Assembly (NCBI GenBank): GCA_016931515.1
Contig: JAFGEQ010000011.1
Location: 488-64,487, forward strand
Reading direction: 5' to 3'
Length of the DNA stretch: 64,000 nt
From: a candidate division CSSED10-310 bacterium
GTDB taxonomy: Bacteria; CSSED10-310
The position numbers and the translations under genes were made by a program. Position 1 is the first letter of the stretch. Every line of letters begins with the position of its first letter. Below, piece by piece: positions 19,847-30,721 of the stretch. Below the pieces are notes generated by a model. It ran no database searches and was not told the origin of the DNA. It saw only the letters and a list, made by a program, of their open reading frames with translations.

Positions 19847-21644
19847 CGGATTTTGCCAGAGAACGCGGTCTGTCGACATTTCGTTTTAGTATGACAGCCG
19901 AATAGTACGCAAACATTTGCCCCAGAACAAGCAACAGGACAGGCGCGCTGATTTGATCACTGTCCTGGAGATTGATCTCGTGATTAAAAATGCCGACACG
20001 TTCTCCGAAACCAAATCCGACAATGAATCCATCCCTGGATTTGATTTCCTCGGCATTGGCGATTGTATGCTGAAACAATTCTATTGAGGACCGTGGTGGC
20101 AAAAAGAAGATCGAACCGAACGATTTGTCAATCAGGGCGATTGTCCCGTGTTTCATGAAACCTCCGGACACTCCCTCCGCATGATGATAAGTAACCTCCT
20201 TCATTTTTAAAGCAGCTTCACGAGCAATAGCGCTGTATATACCCCTGCCGATGAAAAGCCAATTCCGATAGGATTGCGTCTGTTGAGCCAGATTGTTTAC
20301 AAACCCCTTGCTTTCATTGATAACTCGACGGATCATTCCCGGCAAAGCCGCCAGGCTTTTTAAATGAGAGTCATAATCGCTTCCGGTAAGATGACCCGAT
20401 CGACGTCCCAACTCCAGGGCTATTCTGATTGCTATTGTTATTTGAGCAACGGCTGCTTTCGTCGAAAGTACACAGATCTCGGGTCCTGACTGCTGCATGA
20501 TCGCGAGATCAGTCTCCGAGACCATGGTCGACCCCATGACATTGATTATCGCGGCTGTCCGAGCGCCGAATTTTTTAGCATATCTCAATGCCGTCAACGT
20601 ATCGTATGTTTCCCCGGATTGGGAGAAAGCCAGAACAAGGGAACGGTCCGATAACTGGGCGATGTATTCGAATTCGTCGGAGGAAACGGCAATCAAGTGC
20701 CGGCCTGATAAAAGGGCACAATAGTATTGAACGCACTCCGCGACGTAATAAGTGGTTCCGACTCCAAGAAGATATACGCGATCAGCGTTGAGGATCCAAT
20801 CGCAGACGAGATTTATTTTCTCAATATCCACTTTCAGGGCTGACTCAACCGTGCTGGGCTGCTCGTGAATTTCCTTCAGCATATAATGCGGATAACCGCC
20901 CTTTTGACTAAGTTCGGGGTCCCAATCCAGAGTCACGATATCCCGAGTGATTTTTTCTCCGGATAACAGATTCCGGATTGATACAGCTTCACGATCAATG
21001 ACGACATACTCGCCATCCTTAACGGGTATAACATTACGCGTATAGTCCAGGATGGCGTTATAATCCGAGCCGATATAATTTTCGTTAATGCCCAGCCCGA
21101 TTATCAACGGGCTTTCTCTCCGGGCGGCATAGATGTGATTTGGATCGTGGACGCTGATTACTGCGAATGCAAAGGTCCCATCCAGATCGCGGGACATACG
21201 TCGAATGGATTCTTCCAGATCGCCACTGGATCTGAAATGGAAATCGATAAGATGCACGAGAACTTCGGTATCGGTATCGGATAGAAATTGATAATCCTTG
21301 GACTCCAGCATTTGCCGAAGATCACGATAATTTGAAATGATGCCATTGTGTACAAGTGCAAATTCACCTTGATTGCTGGCATGAGGATGAGCGTTTTCGC
21401 GCGTAACTGCACCGGTTGTTGCCCAGCGGGTATGGCCAATGCCAATCATGCCGTTCATTTCATTGAATTTCAGGATCTCGGACACCTGTTTTACAGGACC
21501 CTTGTCTTTTCGAACATCGATAACGCCGTTATTACAGACAGCCAGCCCGCAGGAATCATATCCGCGATATTCCAGGTTCAGAAGTGATCTGACCAATTTG
21601 GGAGCGACCCGACTCGAGCTGACAATACCCACGATTCCGCACAT
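19833..21644 (-). CDS. glmS: Glutamine--fructose-6-phosphate aminotransferase (isomerizing)
   Basis: MCGIVGIV N-terminal nucleophile Cys, two SIS domains, 603 aa. Confidence 0.9.
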   Translation of the reverse strand: MCGIVGIVSSSRVAPKLVRSLLNLEYRGYDSCGLAVCNNGVIDVRKDKGPVKQVSEILKFNEMNGMIGIGHTRWATTGAVTRENAHPHASNQGEFALVHNGIISNYRDLRQMLESKDYQFLSDTDTEVLVHLIDFHFRSSGDLEESIRRMSRDLDGTFAFAVISVHDPNHIYAARRESPLIIGLGINENYIGSDYNAILDYTRNVIPVKDGEYVVIDREAVSIRNLLSGEKITRDIVTLDWDPELSQKGGYPHYMLKEIHEQPSTVESALKVDIEKINLVCDWILNADRVYLLGVGTTYYVAECVQYYCALLSGRHLIAVSSDEFEYIAQLSDRSLVLAFSQSGETYDTLTALRYAKKFGARTAAIINVMGSTMVSETDLAIMQQSGPEICVLSTKAAVAQITIAIRIALELGRRSGHLTGSDYDSHLKSLAALPGMIRRVINESKGFVNNLAQQTQSYRNWLFIGRGIYSAIAREAALKMKEVTYHHAEGVSGGFMKHGTIALIDKSFGSIFFLPPRSSIELFQHTIANAEEIKSRDGFIVGFGFGERVGIFNHEINLQDSDQISAPVLLLVLGQMFAYYSAVILKRNVDRPRSLAKSVTVA

Positions 21645-21655
21645 AAATGACCTTT

Positions 21656-22864
21656 CTATTCTTTAGGGTAGGTCCCGAAGTGAGGGATAGACATGCCGGA
21701 GGCAATTTTCGTTCCCGGGAGGAAAGTATGATTTGCACCAATCCAGGTTTTATCTCCGATAAACGATCCGAGCTTAAGCAATCCCGAGTCTATCGATTCA
21801 CCGGCGATATCCACGTGAACCGTACTCTGGTCCATATTGATATTGACCATAATGGTCGCCGAGCCAACATTCACGTCATGCCCGATCACGGAATCACCGA
21901 TGAAACTCAATCGCCCAATCTCCGATCCCGGCATCAGTACCGAGTTTTTGACTTCCACTCCGAATCCGATGATCGATCCCTCTCCTATACATGTATATTC
22001 ACGCAACAGTGCATTGTGGCCAATGAAACTGTTTTTTCCGATATAACAAGGCCCAATGATGGACGAGCCCGTTTTAATCGTGACATTATCTTCGATATAT
22101 ACCGGTCCGGAAATCATCGATCCAGGTTCAATAATAGTGGTTATTGCGAAACTTGATCGATCCCACTGTTTCATGTGTATTCTATTCGCAGCCAGGATAC
22201 TCCAGGGATAAGCGATATCGATCCAGTCTCCCTCCCAGATGGATGCATACATATCCATGGAATCCTGCATCACACGAAACGCCTCGATCACATTCCCGGA
22301 GCAATCAGCGAGAATTCTGAAGAATGAACCCGGCAGGATAAATGCGCCTGCCAGAATGTAATTGCCCAGATTTTTGGATCGAGGTTTCTCAATGATTTGG
22401 GTGATCCGCATGTCATGATCCATATAAATCACACCAAAATCGCTGGAATCGCCCGTCAGACTCACTGCTGCTACAGGTTTCCGGACCCGATTAAATGAAT
22501 GGATCAAGGCTCTGAACAGATTTCCCGAATACATGATGTCACCGTAAGCCAGTAAAAAGAAGTCTCTTTCATCAATGAATTCTTTTGCTGTAAGGATGCC
22601 CTGACCAACACCCAACGATTGATCTTGTGTCAGGATTGTCAGCGACGGCGATTTCAAATCATTTGAATCGGAACAGTCGTAGTCCATGGAGCTGTATTTT
22701 GGATTTACCACCACGGCGGTGTCGTGGATCCCTATCTGCTGGAGTGATTCGATCAACCGGGCTAAAATCGTCTTTCCACAGATTGAGATCAACGCTTTGG
22801 GTCGACATTCGGTAAGGGGCTCAAGACGTGTGCCCGGCCCTGCTGTCAATATGACTGCTTTCAT
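21656..22864 (-). CDS. Bifunctional sugar-1-phosphate nucleotidyltransferase / LbH acyltransferase (archaeal-type GlmU-like)
   Basis: MKAVILTAGPGTRLEPLT...PKAL nucleotidyltransferase signature. The C-terminal half consists of hexapeptide repeats. Sits 12 nt upstream of glmS on the same strand. Confidence 0.7.
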   Translation of the reverse strand: MKAVILTAGPGTRLEPLTECRPKALISICGKTILARLIESLQQIGIHDTAVVVNPKYSSMDYDCSDSNDLKSPSLTILTQDQSLGVGQGILTAKEFIDERDFFLLAYGDIMYSGNLFRALIHSFNRVRKPVAAVSLTGDSSDFGVIYMDHDMRITQIIEKPRSKNLGNYILAGAFILPGSFFRILADCSGNVIEAFRVMQDSMDMYASIWEGDWIDIAYPWSILAANRIHMKQWDRSSFAITTIIEPGSMISGPVYIEDNVTIKTGSSIIGPCYIGKNSFIGHNALLREYTCIGEGSIIGFGVEVKNSVLMPGSEIGRLSFIGDSVIGHDVNVGSATIMVNINMDQSTVHVDIAGESIDSGLLKLGSFIGDKTWIGANHTFLPGTKIASGMSIPHFGTYPKE

Positions 22865-23033
22865 GTTTAATACCTCTCAGATCGGCAAAATGCTACCTGA
22901 TTCGTAATCCTCCCGAAACCATAGCAGAAAACGACATGAGACGAAACGACCTTTATCATGTCTTTTTCAAACAGCGATTTAAGCGTAACCAGCGCGATGT
23001 GATCTGATCTAAGTGATGAAACCGGAGGGAATC

Positions 23034-24419
23034 ATGTCCGAATTGGTTCGATATAAAACAGAAGAAAAAACACTCGATCAAGCGGCATCGGACTGGATAT
23101 CGTCACTGGAAGGTCCATTATCGGCTAATCAGGGAAAAGATATCATTGACCTGTATTTTAACGAGATGGGATCAATTCAAACGCTTTCAAGGGAGGAAGA
23201 GGTCTCTCTGGCGATGAGGATTGAGTCACAATCCACTGAATTATTGGACGCAATTTCAGGCATTCCGGACCTGCCGAGATGGATCCTTGAGTGGATTGGC
23301 GATTGTCGTGAGAAAGCGCGGCGTTGGGAAGAGATTTTTCAGACAAGGGTTACTATCATAGACGGAGAAGAGAGGCGGATCGGTTTCAGGGAAAGGAACA
23401 GTTTGCTCGATGAACTGCAGAATGAGATTGAGATTTTACTGGAAAGAACGCGGACTGATTTCGACGACCGTAATGAGCAAAAGGATGCACGGGACTGTCT
23501 CCGCAATAGGATTTTAGAACATTTCAAGGCACTGGATCCGAGCATCGAAGCCATTAATGATCTTCGTCATCGATTCAGACAAACCATCGTGACTTCCAGA
23601 CAATCCGGGGTGAATGCTGTTCAAGGCACACCCCCTATCCCGATTGAGTATTGTGAGACTCTCCTACAACAAATTGATGCAGCATTTGATAAATTGATGA
23701 TCGAAAAAAATCATTTGATTCAAGCTAATCTGCGGCTTGTTGTCAGCATCGCAAAAAAATTCATCAAACGCGGTTTGCCGTTTTCGGATGTTCTTCAGGA
23801 AGGAAATCTCGGGCTGATTAAAGCGGTCGATAAATTCAATTATCGTAGGGGTTACCGATTTTCAACTTATGCGACGTGGTGGATACAACAATCCATCATC
23901 AGGGCGGTCGCTGAAACAGGGCGGTTGATCCGTGTACCATTATATGTGGCTGAAACTTTATCCAGGATCAACCGGATAGGGAACAAGCTTCAGCAGGAAT
24001 TTGGCCGCGATGTGTCAATCGAGGAACTCGCCGCGGCATCCAATACATCGGCGGATAATGTCCACCTGTATCTCGATGTATACCGGGTACCATATTCCCT
24101 TGAAATGCCGATCGGTGATAACGAGGAAGGTCGCTTGAGCGATATGTTACCTGATTACAGCGCGAAGTCGCCTCTGGATAACCTGCATAAGCTTGATATT
24201 CGGCAATACATACTGGATGCGCTTGATGGAATTTCAGTTCGCGAGAAACTGGTTCTCAAGATGCGTTTTGGTATTGATTCCGAAAAGGAATATACTCTGG
24301 AAGAGATTGGTCGGCTGCTAGGGCTGACCAGGGAGAGAATTCGGCAGATTGAATTGGAAGCCTTGAAAAAGATCCGCCAAATCAGGCTGTCTAACGAGTC
24401 TCGACTGCATACTGAATAA
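23034..24419 (+). CDS. rpoD: RNA polymerase primary sigma factor (sigma-70 family)
   Basis: Region 2 [14 protein letters not shown], region 4 [23 protein letters not shown] begins at 23013, but the GGAGGG RBS favours the ATG at 23034. Confidence 0.85.
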   Translation: MSELVRYKTEEKTLDQAASDWISSLEGPLSANQGKDIIDLYFNEMGSIQTLSREEEVSLAMRIESQSTELLDAISGIPDLPRWILEWIGDCREKARRWEEIFQTRVTIIDGEERRIGFRERNSLLDELQNEIEILLERTRTDFDDRNEQKDARDCLRNRILEHFKALDPSIEAINDLRHRFRQTIVTSRQSGVNAVQGTPPIPIEYCETLLQQIDAAFDKLMIEKNHLIQANLRLVVSIAKKFIKRGLPFSDVLQEGNLGLIKAVDKFNYRRGYRFSTYATWWIQQSIIRAVAETGRLIRVPLYVAETLSRINRIGNKLQQEFGRDVSIEELAAASNTSADNVHLYLDVYRVPYSLEMPIGDNEEGRLSDMLPDYSAKSPLDNLHKLDIRQYILDALDGISVREKLVLKMRFGIDSEKEYTLEEIGRLLGLTRERIRQIELEALKKIRQIRLSNESRLHTE

Positions 24420-24437
24420 AAAGAAGACGAAAAAAAA

Positions 24438-24463
24438 GCGATTCAGATCAACTGAACCGCTTT
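24438..24463. terminator. Bidirectional rho-independent terminator between the convergent rpoD and cpoB genes
   Basis: GCGATTCAG-atcaa-CTGAACCGC (9-bp stem, 1 mismatch), with an A-run upstream and TTT downstream. Confidence 0.4.
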
Positions 24464-24482
24464 GATACAATTTCTATTCTAT

Positions 24483-25253
24483 TCAGGGGTTTTGAAGACG
24501 GTCCTGGGCGAGTCGTGCTTCGGAAGAATACGGATGCTTCTCTATCAGCTCTTCAAGAATTTTCTGGCCGCCCGTCACATCACCGGATTCAATAAGACAC
24601 AGTCCCTTCTTCAACAATGCAGGCACAGCTTTATCGCCATTGGGATAACGGGATAAAACCAGCTCAAATTGCTCCAGGGCTTTGTCATACCGTGCTTGGG
24701 CGTAATAGCATTCCCCGATCCAATACTGGGAGTTATCTGCCAGATCGGAATCGGCGAACGCGGCTAGAAATCCTTGAAATTCGAGAATCGCAAGATCGTA
24801 ATTCCGGTTGATGTAATCATTGTATGCAGTCTGATACACAACCTCTGGTCTTTGATCACCACTATCGGTTTGCTGCCCTTCCGCTTGATCCTGAGTTCCT
24901 GAAGATTGGGCATCAGATGCCCGGAACCTCAGCGAATCACTGGATTGGATTACCGAAGTCGATGGAGTGGAATACTGCAGTTTTTCAACCGCGTTCTGAA
25001 CTATCTCACTCTGCAAAGTGACCGTGTTGACCATATCTGCCTGGGTTTTACTGATCGCATCCAACCTTGTCATGATCAGATTAATTTCCCGATTCAGCGC
25101 TTCGTATTCGGCTTTGCTTTCCGAACGCTCGGTTCGTTGCATCGTTTCAAGTTTTTCAATCCGATGCATCATGGGTTCACTTGTAGCGCAACCCAGAACA
25201 CCTGCTATCATCAGCATTACCATCAACATCCAACCTGTTACACGATAAAACAC
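24483..25253 (-). CDS. cpoB: Tol-Pal system protein CpoB/YbgF (coiled-coil plus TPR)
   Basis: Signal peptide, long coiled-coil, C-terminal TPR repeats. Sits directly downstream of pal. Confidence 0.7.
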   Translation of the reverse strand: MFYRVTGWMLMVMLMIAGVLGCATSEPMMHRIEKLETMQRTERSESKAEYEALNREINLIMTRLDAISKTQADMVNTVTLQSEIVQNAVEKLQYSTPSTSVIQSSDSLRFRASDAQSSGTQDQAEGQQTDSGDQRPEVVYQTAYNDYINRNYDLAILEFQGFLAAFADSDLADNSQYWIGECYYAQARYDKALEQFELVLSRYPNGDKAVPALLKKGLCLIESGDVTGGQKILEELIEKHPYSSEARLAQDRLQNP

Positions 25254-25275
25254 CAGGTTAACCCTCCACCCGGGA

Positions 25276-25812
25276 TCAGTCGTTCACTACAAATGCAGCC
25301 CGACGATTCAGTTTCCAGCAAGATTCCTTGCTTTCTCTGCAAACAGGTCGTTCCTCACCATATGTGACGGTTTCGATCAGCGATCCCTGCACACCGAAAT
25401 CCATCAAATATTTCTTGGCTGCCGCCGCTCGTCGTTCACCCAGTGCAAGATTGTACTCATTGGAACCACGCTCATCGCAATGTCCTTCGATCGTGACCGT
25501 GATATCGGGGTTCTTGATCATGTAGGCGGCCTTCTCAGCAAGAATGGATCGACCTTCTGCAGTCAATACCGCTTTGTCATAATCGTAATAGACCGATTCA
25601 CTGCTTAAAACACTGCGGGCTTCTTCCAATTTTATCAACCGGAGCTCTTCCATGGTCGGCTCTTCTTGTGCGGGAGCAGCAATTGGAGTGTTTGTTGGCG
25701 CTGCTGATTCAGGAACAAACTCCTGCTCGGGTGCTTTCTTCTTACACCCGCCCATCATCAGTCCAACACACACGACCAGCAACACGAAATAAAAACTCAC
25801 ATTTCGAAACAT
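25276..25812 (-). CDS. pal: Peptidoglycan-associated lipoprotein (OmpA-family)
   Basis: Lipobox LMMGGC (probable start MFRNVS at about 25812; ORF extends to 25872). OmpA-like domain YDYDKAVL...TIEGHCDERGSNEYNLALGERRA. Confidence 0.85.
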   Translation of the reverse strand: MFRNVSFYFVLLVVCVGLMMGGCKKKAPEQEFVPESAAPTNTPIAAPAQEEPTMEELRLIKLEEARSVLSSESVYYDYDKAVLTAEGRSILAEKAAYMIKNPDITVTIEGHCDERGSNEYNLALGERRAAAAKKYLMDFGVQGSLIETVTYGEERPVCRESKESCWKLNRRAAFVVND

Positions 25813-25915
25813 ACAAAACCTCCTGATCAAATTTAGCCAGATTCGTTGAATACCTAATTCAACTTTCGTCAATGCTATTCTATTTGAATAACAATATCAA
25901 AGTAAAAAGCAACGT

Positions 25916-27196
25916 TTATCGAGACCATGCCGGATTCTCGCACCCCCCCATGGCATGAACAATCCGGCGAATGTTCCGGCCGGATAAATCCATTACGTAC
26001 AACCCTTTTGAACCATCGCGAGTCGACGTAAACGCAATATGACGACCGTTTCTCCCGAATGAAGGATCTTCATTATGTCCCGCCTCGGATGTGAGAGGAT
26101 GTTCATCACTCCCATTCGGACGGATCATCCAAATGTTAAATACTCCATCCCGCCTGCTGTGATAAGCGATCCAATCACCCCTCGGCGACCAATCGGGAGC
26201 GGTGTTATAATTACCAACGCTGGTCAATCGACGGATGTTGGCGCCGTCAATATCCATGATATATAACTGAGGGCTGCCGGTCCTGTCCGATACAAAAACA
26301 AGTTCGCGGCCATTGGGCGCAAAGACAGGATTCGTATCCACCCCCGAAGAAAATGTTAGACGTCTTACTTTTTTTGTTTCCAGGTTATACAGTGAAATCT
26401 CCGGATCTCCTTCGTAACTTATCGTCAATGCCAGATGTATTCCATCAGGATTCGGAGCAGGGGTTATATGCATTCCACCCTGCAATAGAGGCATCGATGT
26501 GGAATCCGCCAGGTCGATCACGTACAGGTCAGGGTATTTCTGCTGATAGCTGGTTATAAAAAGTTCCGCGTTTTCGACAGACCACGCAGGTGACAAATTG
26601 ATACTGCCATTCCGTGTGATCTGGGTCAGATTGCTGCCATCCGGATCAACCGTGTACACTTCGGCATTCCCTGTTCGACGAGACGTGAAAGCAATACGCG
26701 TATCATTGATTCCTCTCTCCCCAGTCAATCTGTACTGAACTTCATCGGCAAATTTATGAATAACCGATCGTACTCCCGAAAGGGGTGTCGTGTAACGGAT
26801 GCCTACAATCTGCTGACCCATCCGGACATCGAATAATCGGATACTGATCCGGTAATCGCCGTCTGGACCTTGATTGATATATCCTGTCAATAAAGACTGC
26901 ACTCCAACCAGGTAATACTGGCCAAAATCCGGATTGACGAGTTCTTTCTCAGAGGTGGGGAAAAAAGGTGATATATCGATAACGTTAAAGCGGCCTGAAA
27001 ACTCAAAATCCTGCCTGAAAATCGAATGGATTTCCCTTACAAGTTCCGGCTGCTCACTCAATTCGCTGTTAAATAGCGGTAAAGCTATATCAATTTTTTT
27101 AGCTTGTGATGCGGTGATATCGAAATACACATCCGCACTCCGGCATACAGATACCGCAGTCCAGGCGAGGAAGAACCCGGTTACCAACCTGTTCAT
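25916..27196 (-). CDS. tolB: Tol-Pal system beta-propeller protein TolB
   Basis: Signal peptide MNRLVTGFFLAWTAVSVCRSA (internal start at about 27196; ORF extends to 27472), N-terminal TolB domain, then WD40-like repeats (SPxWSPDG-type blades). Confidence 0.85.
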   Translation of the reverse strand: MNRLVTGFFLAWTAVSVCRSADVYFDITASQAKKIDIALPLFNSELSEQPELVREIHSIFRQDFEFSGRFNVIDISPFFPTSEKELVNPDFGQYYLVGVQSLLTGYINQGPDGDYRISIRLFDVRMGQQIVGIRYTTPLSGVRSVIHKFADEVQYRLTGERGINDTRIAFTSRRTGNAEVYTVDPDGSNLTQITRNGSINLSPAWSVENAELFITSYQQKYPDLYVIDLADSTSMPLLQGGMHITPAPNPDGIHLALTISYEGDPEISLYNLETKKVRRLTFSSGVDTNPVFAPNGRELVFVSDRTGSPQLYIMDIDGANIRRLTSVGNYNTAPDWSPRGDWIAYHSRRDGVFNIWMIRPNGSDEHPLTSEAGHNEDPSFGRNGRHIAFTSTRDGSKGLYVMDLSGRNIRRIVHAMGGCENPAWSR

Positions 27197-27230
27197 CTGT
27201 TTTCTTTTTGTAAACGTCACAATGATACTC

Positions 27231-27971
27231 CTATAACTTGCAAATAAATCCAAAATGTACACCGAGACTCGAATCCGAGTATCCTTCCGGCAGTGAAGGG
27301 AACGGGGCACTGACGATAACAGCACGTAGAGCGGATTGATCCAGAATCGTATCCCCCGATGTTTCCTCGATACCGGATGCCAGTAGGCGACCCTGACGAT
27401 CAATGCGAAAAGATATAACAACCCGTTTATTCTCAGCTTCAAATGAACCGAACGGGGGAATCCAGTTTTCACTGACTTTGCTTTTCATCATCGCCAGGTA
27501 GTACAGAAATGGAAAGTCCTTAGCGTCAACCCGCATGGATCCCATTGTCTGGCCGCCGCCTCCGGGAAGCAGATCCGACTGCATCGCAAACTCTTCTTCG
27601 GTGGCAGCTTTTGGAGGAGGTGTGCGGTCTTTTTCACGGTTCTTCATACGTTTTAATTCCGCATCAGAAGGATCGACTAACTCGTTCTTCGGCACTGGTT
27701 TGGGTGGTTCGGCGGGTTTTGGTTTTTCTATGGAGACGGCTGCTGGAACGATGTCGGAGCCTAATTCAGGCAGTGCATAATCGAAAAGAGTCACATCGAC
27801 GACATGATCGGAGTCGATGGATCGAGCCCTTAGCATGGGGAGCAGAACAATCAACAGGATGCTCAACAGGTGACATGCCGTTGAAATCATCACGGCGACC
27901 AGGGTTCGCCGCGAATGTTCTTGCACCAAGCCGGAAAAATAGTCCATGAACCTGCTATTCCTTCGCTTCAA
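27231..27971 (-). CDS. tolA: TolA/TonB-family protein (TM anchor, Pro-rich linker, TonB-C domain)
   Basis: TM helix, PKPAEPPKPVPK proline-rich spacer, C-terminal TonB_C-like domain. Position between tolR and tolB. Confidence 0.6.
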   Translation of the reverse strand: MKRRNSRFMDYFSGLVQEHSRRTLVAVMISTACHLLSILLIVLLPMLRARSIDSDHVVDVTLFDYALPELGSDIVPAAVSIEKPKPAEPPKPVPKNELVDPSDAELKRMKNREKDRTPPPKAATEEEFAMQSDLLPGGGGQTMGSMRVDAKDFPFLYYLAMMKSKVSENWIPPFGSFEAENKRVVISFRIDRQGRLLASGIEETSGDTILDQSALRAVIVSAPFPSLPEGYSDSSLGVHFGFICKL

Positions 27972-28419
27972 TCGTTTTCGGCTTCGTTACCATTCCGAGT
28001 GTTTTTATTCCTGATTTTTTAACCACATCCATCACAGCAATTACATCACCATACGGCAGATTCCGGTCCGCCTCGAGAAAAAGCGCTTCGATTCGAGTGC
28101 TTTCATTCAGTTGCCTTAATCTCAACTCCAGATGTTCAAAAGGAATCCGACGGTTATCCAGGTAAAGCAAACCCTCACTGTCCATGGACAGTATATAGCG
28201 GCTCTCCGTCTCCTCCGGAAACAACCTTTCGGACGCTTGCGGAAGAGCAATATCCAATCCCTGCTTCAACATCGGTGCTGTTACCATGAAAATTATTAAT
28301 AGAACAAATGCTACATCGACAAATGGAGTCAGGTTGATCTCGGTCAAACCTGTACCGAGTGGCGGAATCCTGCTTCGCCGTCGCCTGTCTTCGTCTTTTG
28401 GGGGTGGGTTCATCGGCAT
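27955..28419 (-). CDS. tolR: Biopolymer transport protein TolR/ExbD
   Basis: Single TM (INLTPFVDVAFVLLIIFMVTAPM) plus periplasmic domain, 154 aa. Confidence 0.8.
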   Translation of the reverse strand: MPMNPPPKDEDRRRRSRIPPLGTGLTEINLTPFVDVAFVLLIIFMVTAPMLKQGLDIALPQASERLFPEETESRYILSMDSEGLLYLDNRRIPFEHLELRLRQLNESTRIEALFLEADRNLPYGDVIAVMDVVKKSGIKTLGMVTKPKTIEAKE

Positions 28420-28425
28420 GAATTC

Positions 28426-29118
28426 TTACTCCAATACAGACAGAAAACTGGATCGGAACCGTTCAAACATAACATTTGCCAAACGGATCTTGAGCAGAAA
28501 GAAGTTATACCCCATTACGGCAGGAATCGCTGCAGCCAGGCCGGCCGCTGTAGTGATAAGTGCTTCAGCGATTCCGGGTGCGACTGCCGCGATACTTGCC
28601 GATCCAGCGCTTCCGATTCCCTGGAACGCTGTCATGATGCCCCAGACAGTGCCAAACAATCCAAGAAACGGTGTGATACTGCCGCAGGTACCAAGAAATG
28701 TAACCCTGCGTTCGAGATTCTGAATCTCAGTAATGATGGCATCATCCAGAGCCAGATCGAGCCGGGTTGTATTTGTGGGGGAGAACACAGCCTCACCGGG
28801 TTCTGTTCCCGGCCTGCGTTCCAGTTGCCGGTATCCCGCGATGAATATCCTGACCAGAGGACTCGGTTTGACGGATTTCAATTGATCAGCCATGTCTCCT
28901 AAGTGCCTGGCATGTTTAAACAGGCGCATAAACTCGACTGAACTCTTATTCAATCTGGAGAATTGTAGATATTTATCCAACATAATGCCCCAGGAACCCA
29001 GAGAAAACAGAAGTACGATCAACAAATCGATTTTCGCCAGAAAGCCTGCGTTCATAACGAGATTGACGACACTTTGCCCCATGGGTGTTCCGTTTCCGAG
29101 TGTAACTGATTCGATCAC
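28426..29118 (-). CDS. tolQ: Proton-channel protein TolQ/ExbB (MotA family)
   Basis: Three TM helices, conserved GLxGTVxGM-like region (LGLFGTVWGIMTAF). Confidence 0.8.
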   Translation of the reverse strand: MIESVTLGNGTPMGQSVVNLVMNAGFLAKIDLLIVLLFSLGSWGIMLDKYLQFSRLNKSSVEFMRLFKHARHLGDMADQLKSVKPSPLVRIFIAGYRQLERRPGTEPGEAVFSPTNTTRLDLALDDAIITEIQNLERRVTFLGTCGSITPFLGLFGTVWGIMTAFQGIGSAGSASIAAVAPGIAEALITTAAGLAAAIPAVMGYNFFLLKIRLANVMFERFRSSFLSVLE

Positions 29119-29172
29119 TGTTCAATTCCTCATTTCCGTTATTTTTCTTCGCGTGTAAGCAAATCCTATCGC

Positions 29173-30213
29173 CTATTGCGATGGCTTTTTAATCCGTTGA
29201 CGATACCGTTGAACCGCCTGGTTATGTTCCCTGAGTGTCCGGCTGAATGTGTGCCCTCCTGAGCTGTCGGCGACGAAATACAAGAAGGACTCTTCAGCTG
29301 GAAAACAAGCTGCTTCCAGAGATTCTTTTCCTGGTGAACAGATCGGACCAGGAGGAAGACCAGCGCGGACGTATGTATTGTAAGGTATATCCATCTCGAG
29401 ATGTTTCTTAAGCAACCTGCCGGGATAAGTCTCTCCTAAAGCGTATATCACCGTTGGATCACATTGCAAGAGAATACCCCGTTTCAAGCGATTGTGAAAA
29501 ACGGCGGATACCAACTCTCGCTCTTCCGGCAATCGTGTTTCTTTCTCGATTAATGACGCCAGCGTGACAGCTTCGTGGAGAGTCAGGCCGTGTTCTCGGG
29601 CAGATGCCAGCCACTCAGGCCGAAGTGTCTCCTGAAGCTGGTCAATCATTCTCTCGACCAGTTTCAATTCATCAAATCCCTTCGTAAAACAATACGTTTC
29701 AGGGAATAAATAACCCTCCCATCCGGTAGACGGAAAGGGAAGACTCGGATGACGATATGAATGGGCAGCGTGTTTGAAGGCACCGGCTGAACCGAATCCG
29801 GAGTTATCCCACCGCGTTGCCATCTCCGATAGTGTTAAACCTTCCGGAAATGTTACACTGTAGGTGATGACCTGTCCGCTCAGCATGCGCTGGAGAATAT
29901 CCAAAGGCGACATAGCTGCGGAAATCAGATATTCACCCGATTTGATTGCAGCGGCATCCGGATTCAGCCTGACATGGAGTTTCAAAAAACGGCTGTCCGA
30001 TATGAACGATTGCTTTTCCAGTTCTATCGCAGTCCTGTCGAATGACCATCCGCTGACTATGATGAATACTCGGGGCACATCATTCGGGTCCAGCGGATTG
30101 TTCATCCCTTTCCGGTATTCTGATCTGACGATGAACAGCAGGATCGCGAACAGGACTATTCCCGCCATTACCGTGGCAGAAATTGTCAGAATGCAACTTT
30201 TGGTTCTCCTCAT
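29173..30213 (-). CDS. mltG: Endolytic murein transglycosylase MltG (YceG-like)
   Basis: N-terminal TM anchor, YceG domain, 346 aa. Confidence 0.8.
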   Translation of the reverse strand: MRRTKSCILTISATVMAGIVLFAILLFIVRSEYRKGMNNPLDPNDVPRVFIIVSGWSFDRTAIELEKQSFISDSRFLKLHVRLNPDAAAIKSGEYLISAAMSPLDILQRMLSGQVITYSVTFPEGLTLSEMATRWDNSGFGSAGAFKHAAHSYRHPSLPFPSTGWEGYLFPETYCFTKGFDELKLVERMIDQLQETLRPEWLASAREHGLTLHEAVTLASLIEKETRLPEERELVSAVFHNRLKRGILLQCDPTVIYALGETYPGRLLKKHLEMDIPYNTYVRAGLPPGPICSPGKESLEAACFPAEESFLYFVADSSGGHTFSRTLREHNQAVQRYRQRIKKPSQ

Positions 30214-30219
30214 TCACGT

Positions 30220-30636
30220 TTATCCCGACAGGAAGTCCAGATAGTTTTGCAAGATGATCACGGCTGCGATGACATCCTTGCTTTGTTTCCGCTTCCGGCG
30301 CCGGACATTATCCTCCAGCATGGCTAATTCCGCTGATCGACTTGACAGACGTTCATCCCAGAAAACAACTGGAATTCTAGTTCGTTCGGTAAAACCCGAC
30401 GCAAACAAACGGGCTCCTCTCGCAGATTCTCCCTCTGATCCGTTCATATTCAGAGGCAGTCCGATCACTGCTGTCTCGATCTCATTAAAATCCACCAGGG
30501 CGAATAAAGTCTCCGGTATACTGCCGGGTTCGGAGACAGTCACTGTTCCGACAGGTTGTGCGGTCAACCTGAGGGGGTCGCTGACTGCAACTCCGATGCG
30601 GCGTGTTCCATAATCCAAACCAATAATTCGTTTCAT
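30220..30636 (-). CDS. ruvX: Putative pre-16S rRNA nuclease / Holliday junction resolvase-like RuvX (YqgF)
   Basis: MKRIIGLDYGTRRIGVAVSD. Confidence 0.85.
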   Translation of the reverse strand: MKRIIGLDYGTRRIGVAVSDPLRLTAQPVGTVTVSEPGSIPETLFALVDFNEIETAVIGLPLNMNGSEGESARGARLFASGFTERTRIPVVFWDERLSSRSAELAMLEDNVRRRKRKQSKDVIAAVIILQNYLDFLSG

Positions 30637-30721
30637 GAATCCCCTGTTTCTGATAGGCTGAACATCGTCCCGCTCAGCAGCATATAAGATTCGGACGAAT
30701 AATCAAAGGAGACGCTTCGGG

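Noticed and set aside
21645-21655. glmS ribozyme/riboswitch upstream of glmS
   Set aside because: glmS starts 12 nt after the upstream gene on the same strand. There is no room for a ribozyme leader.
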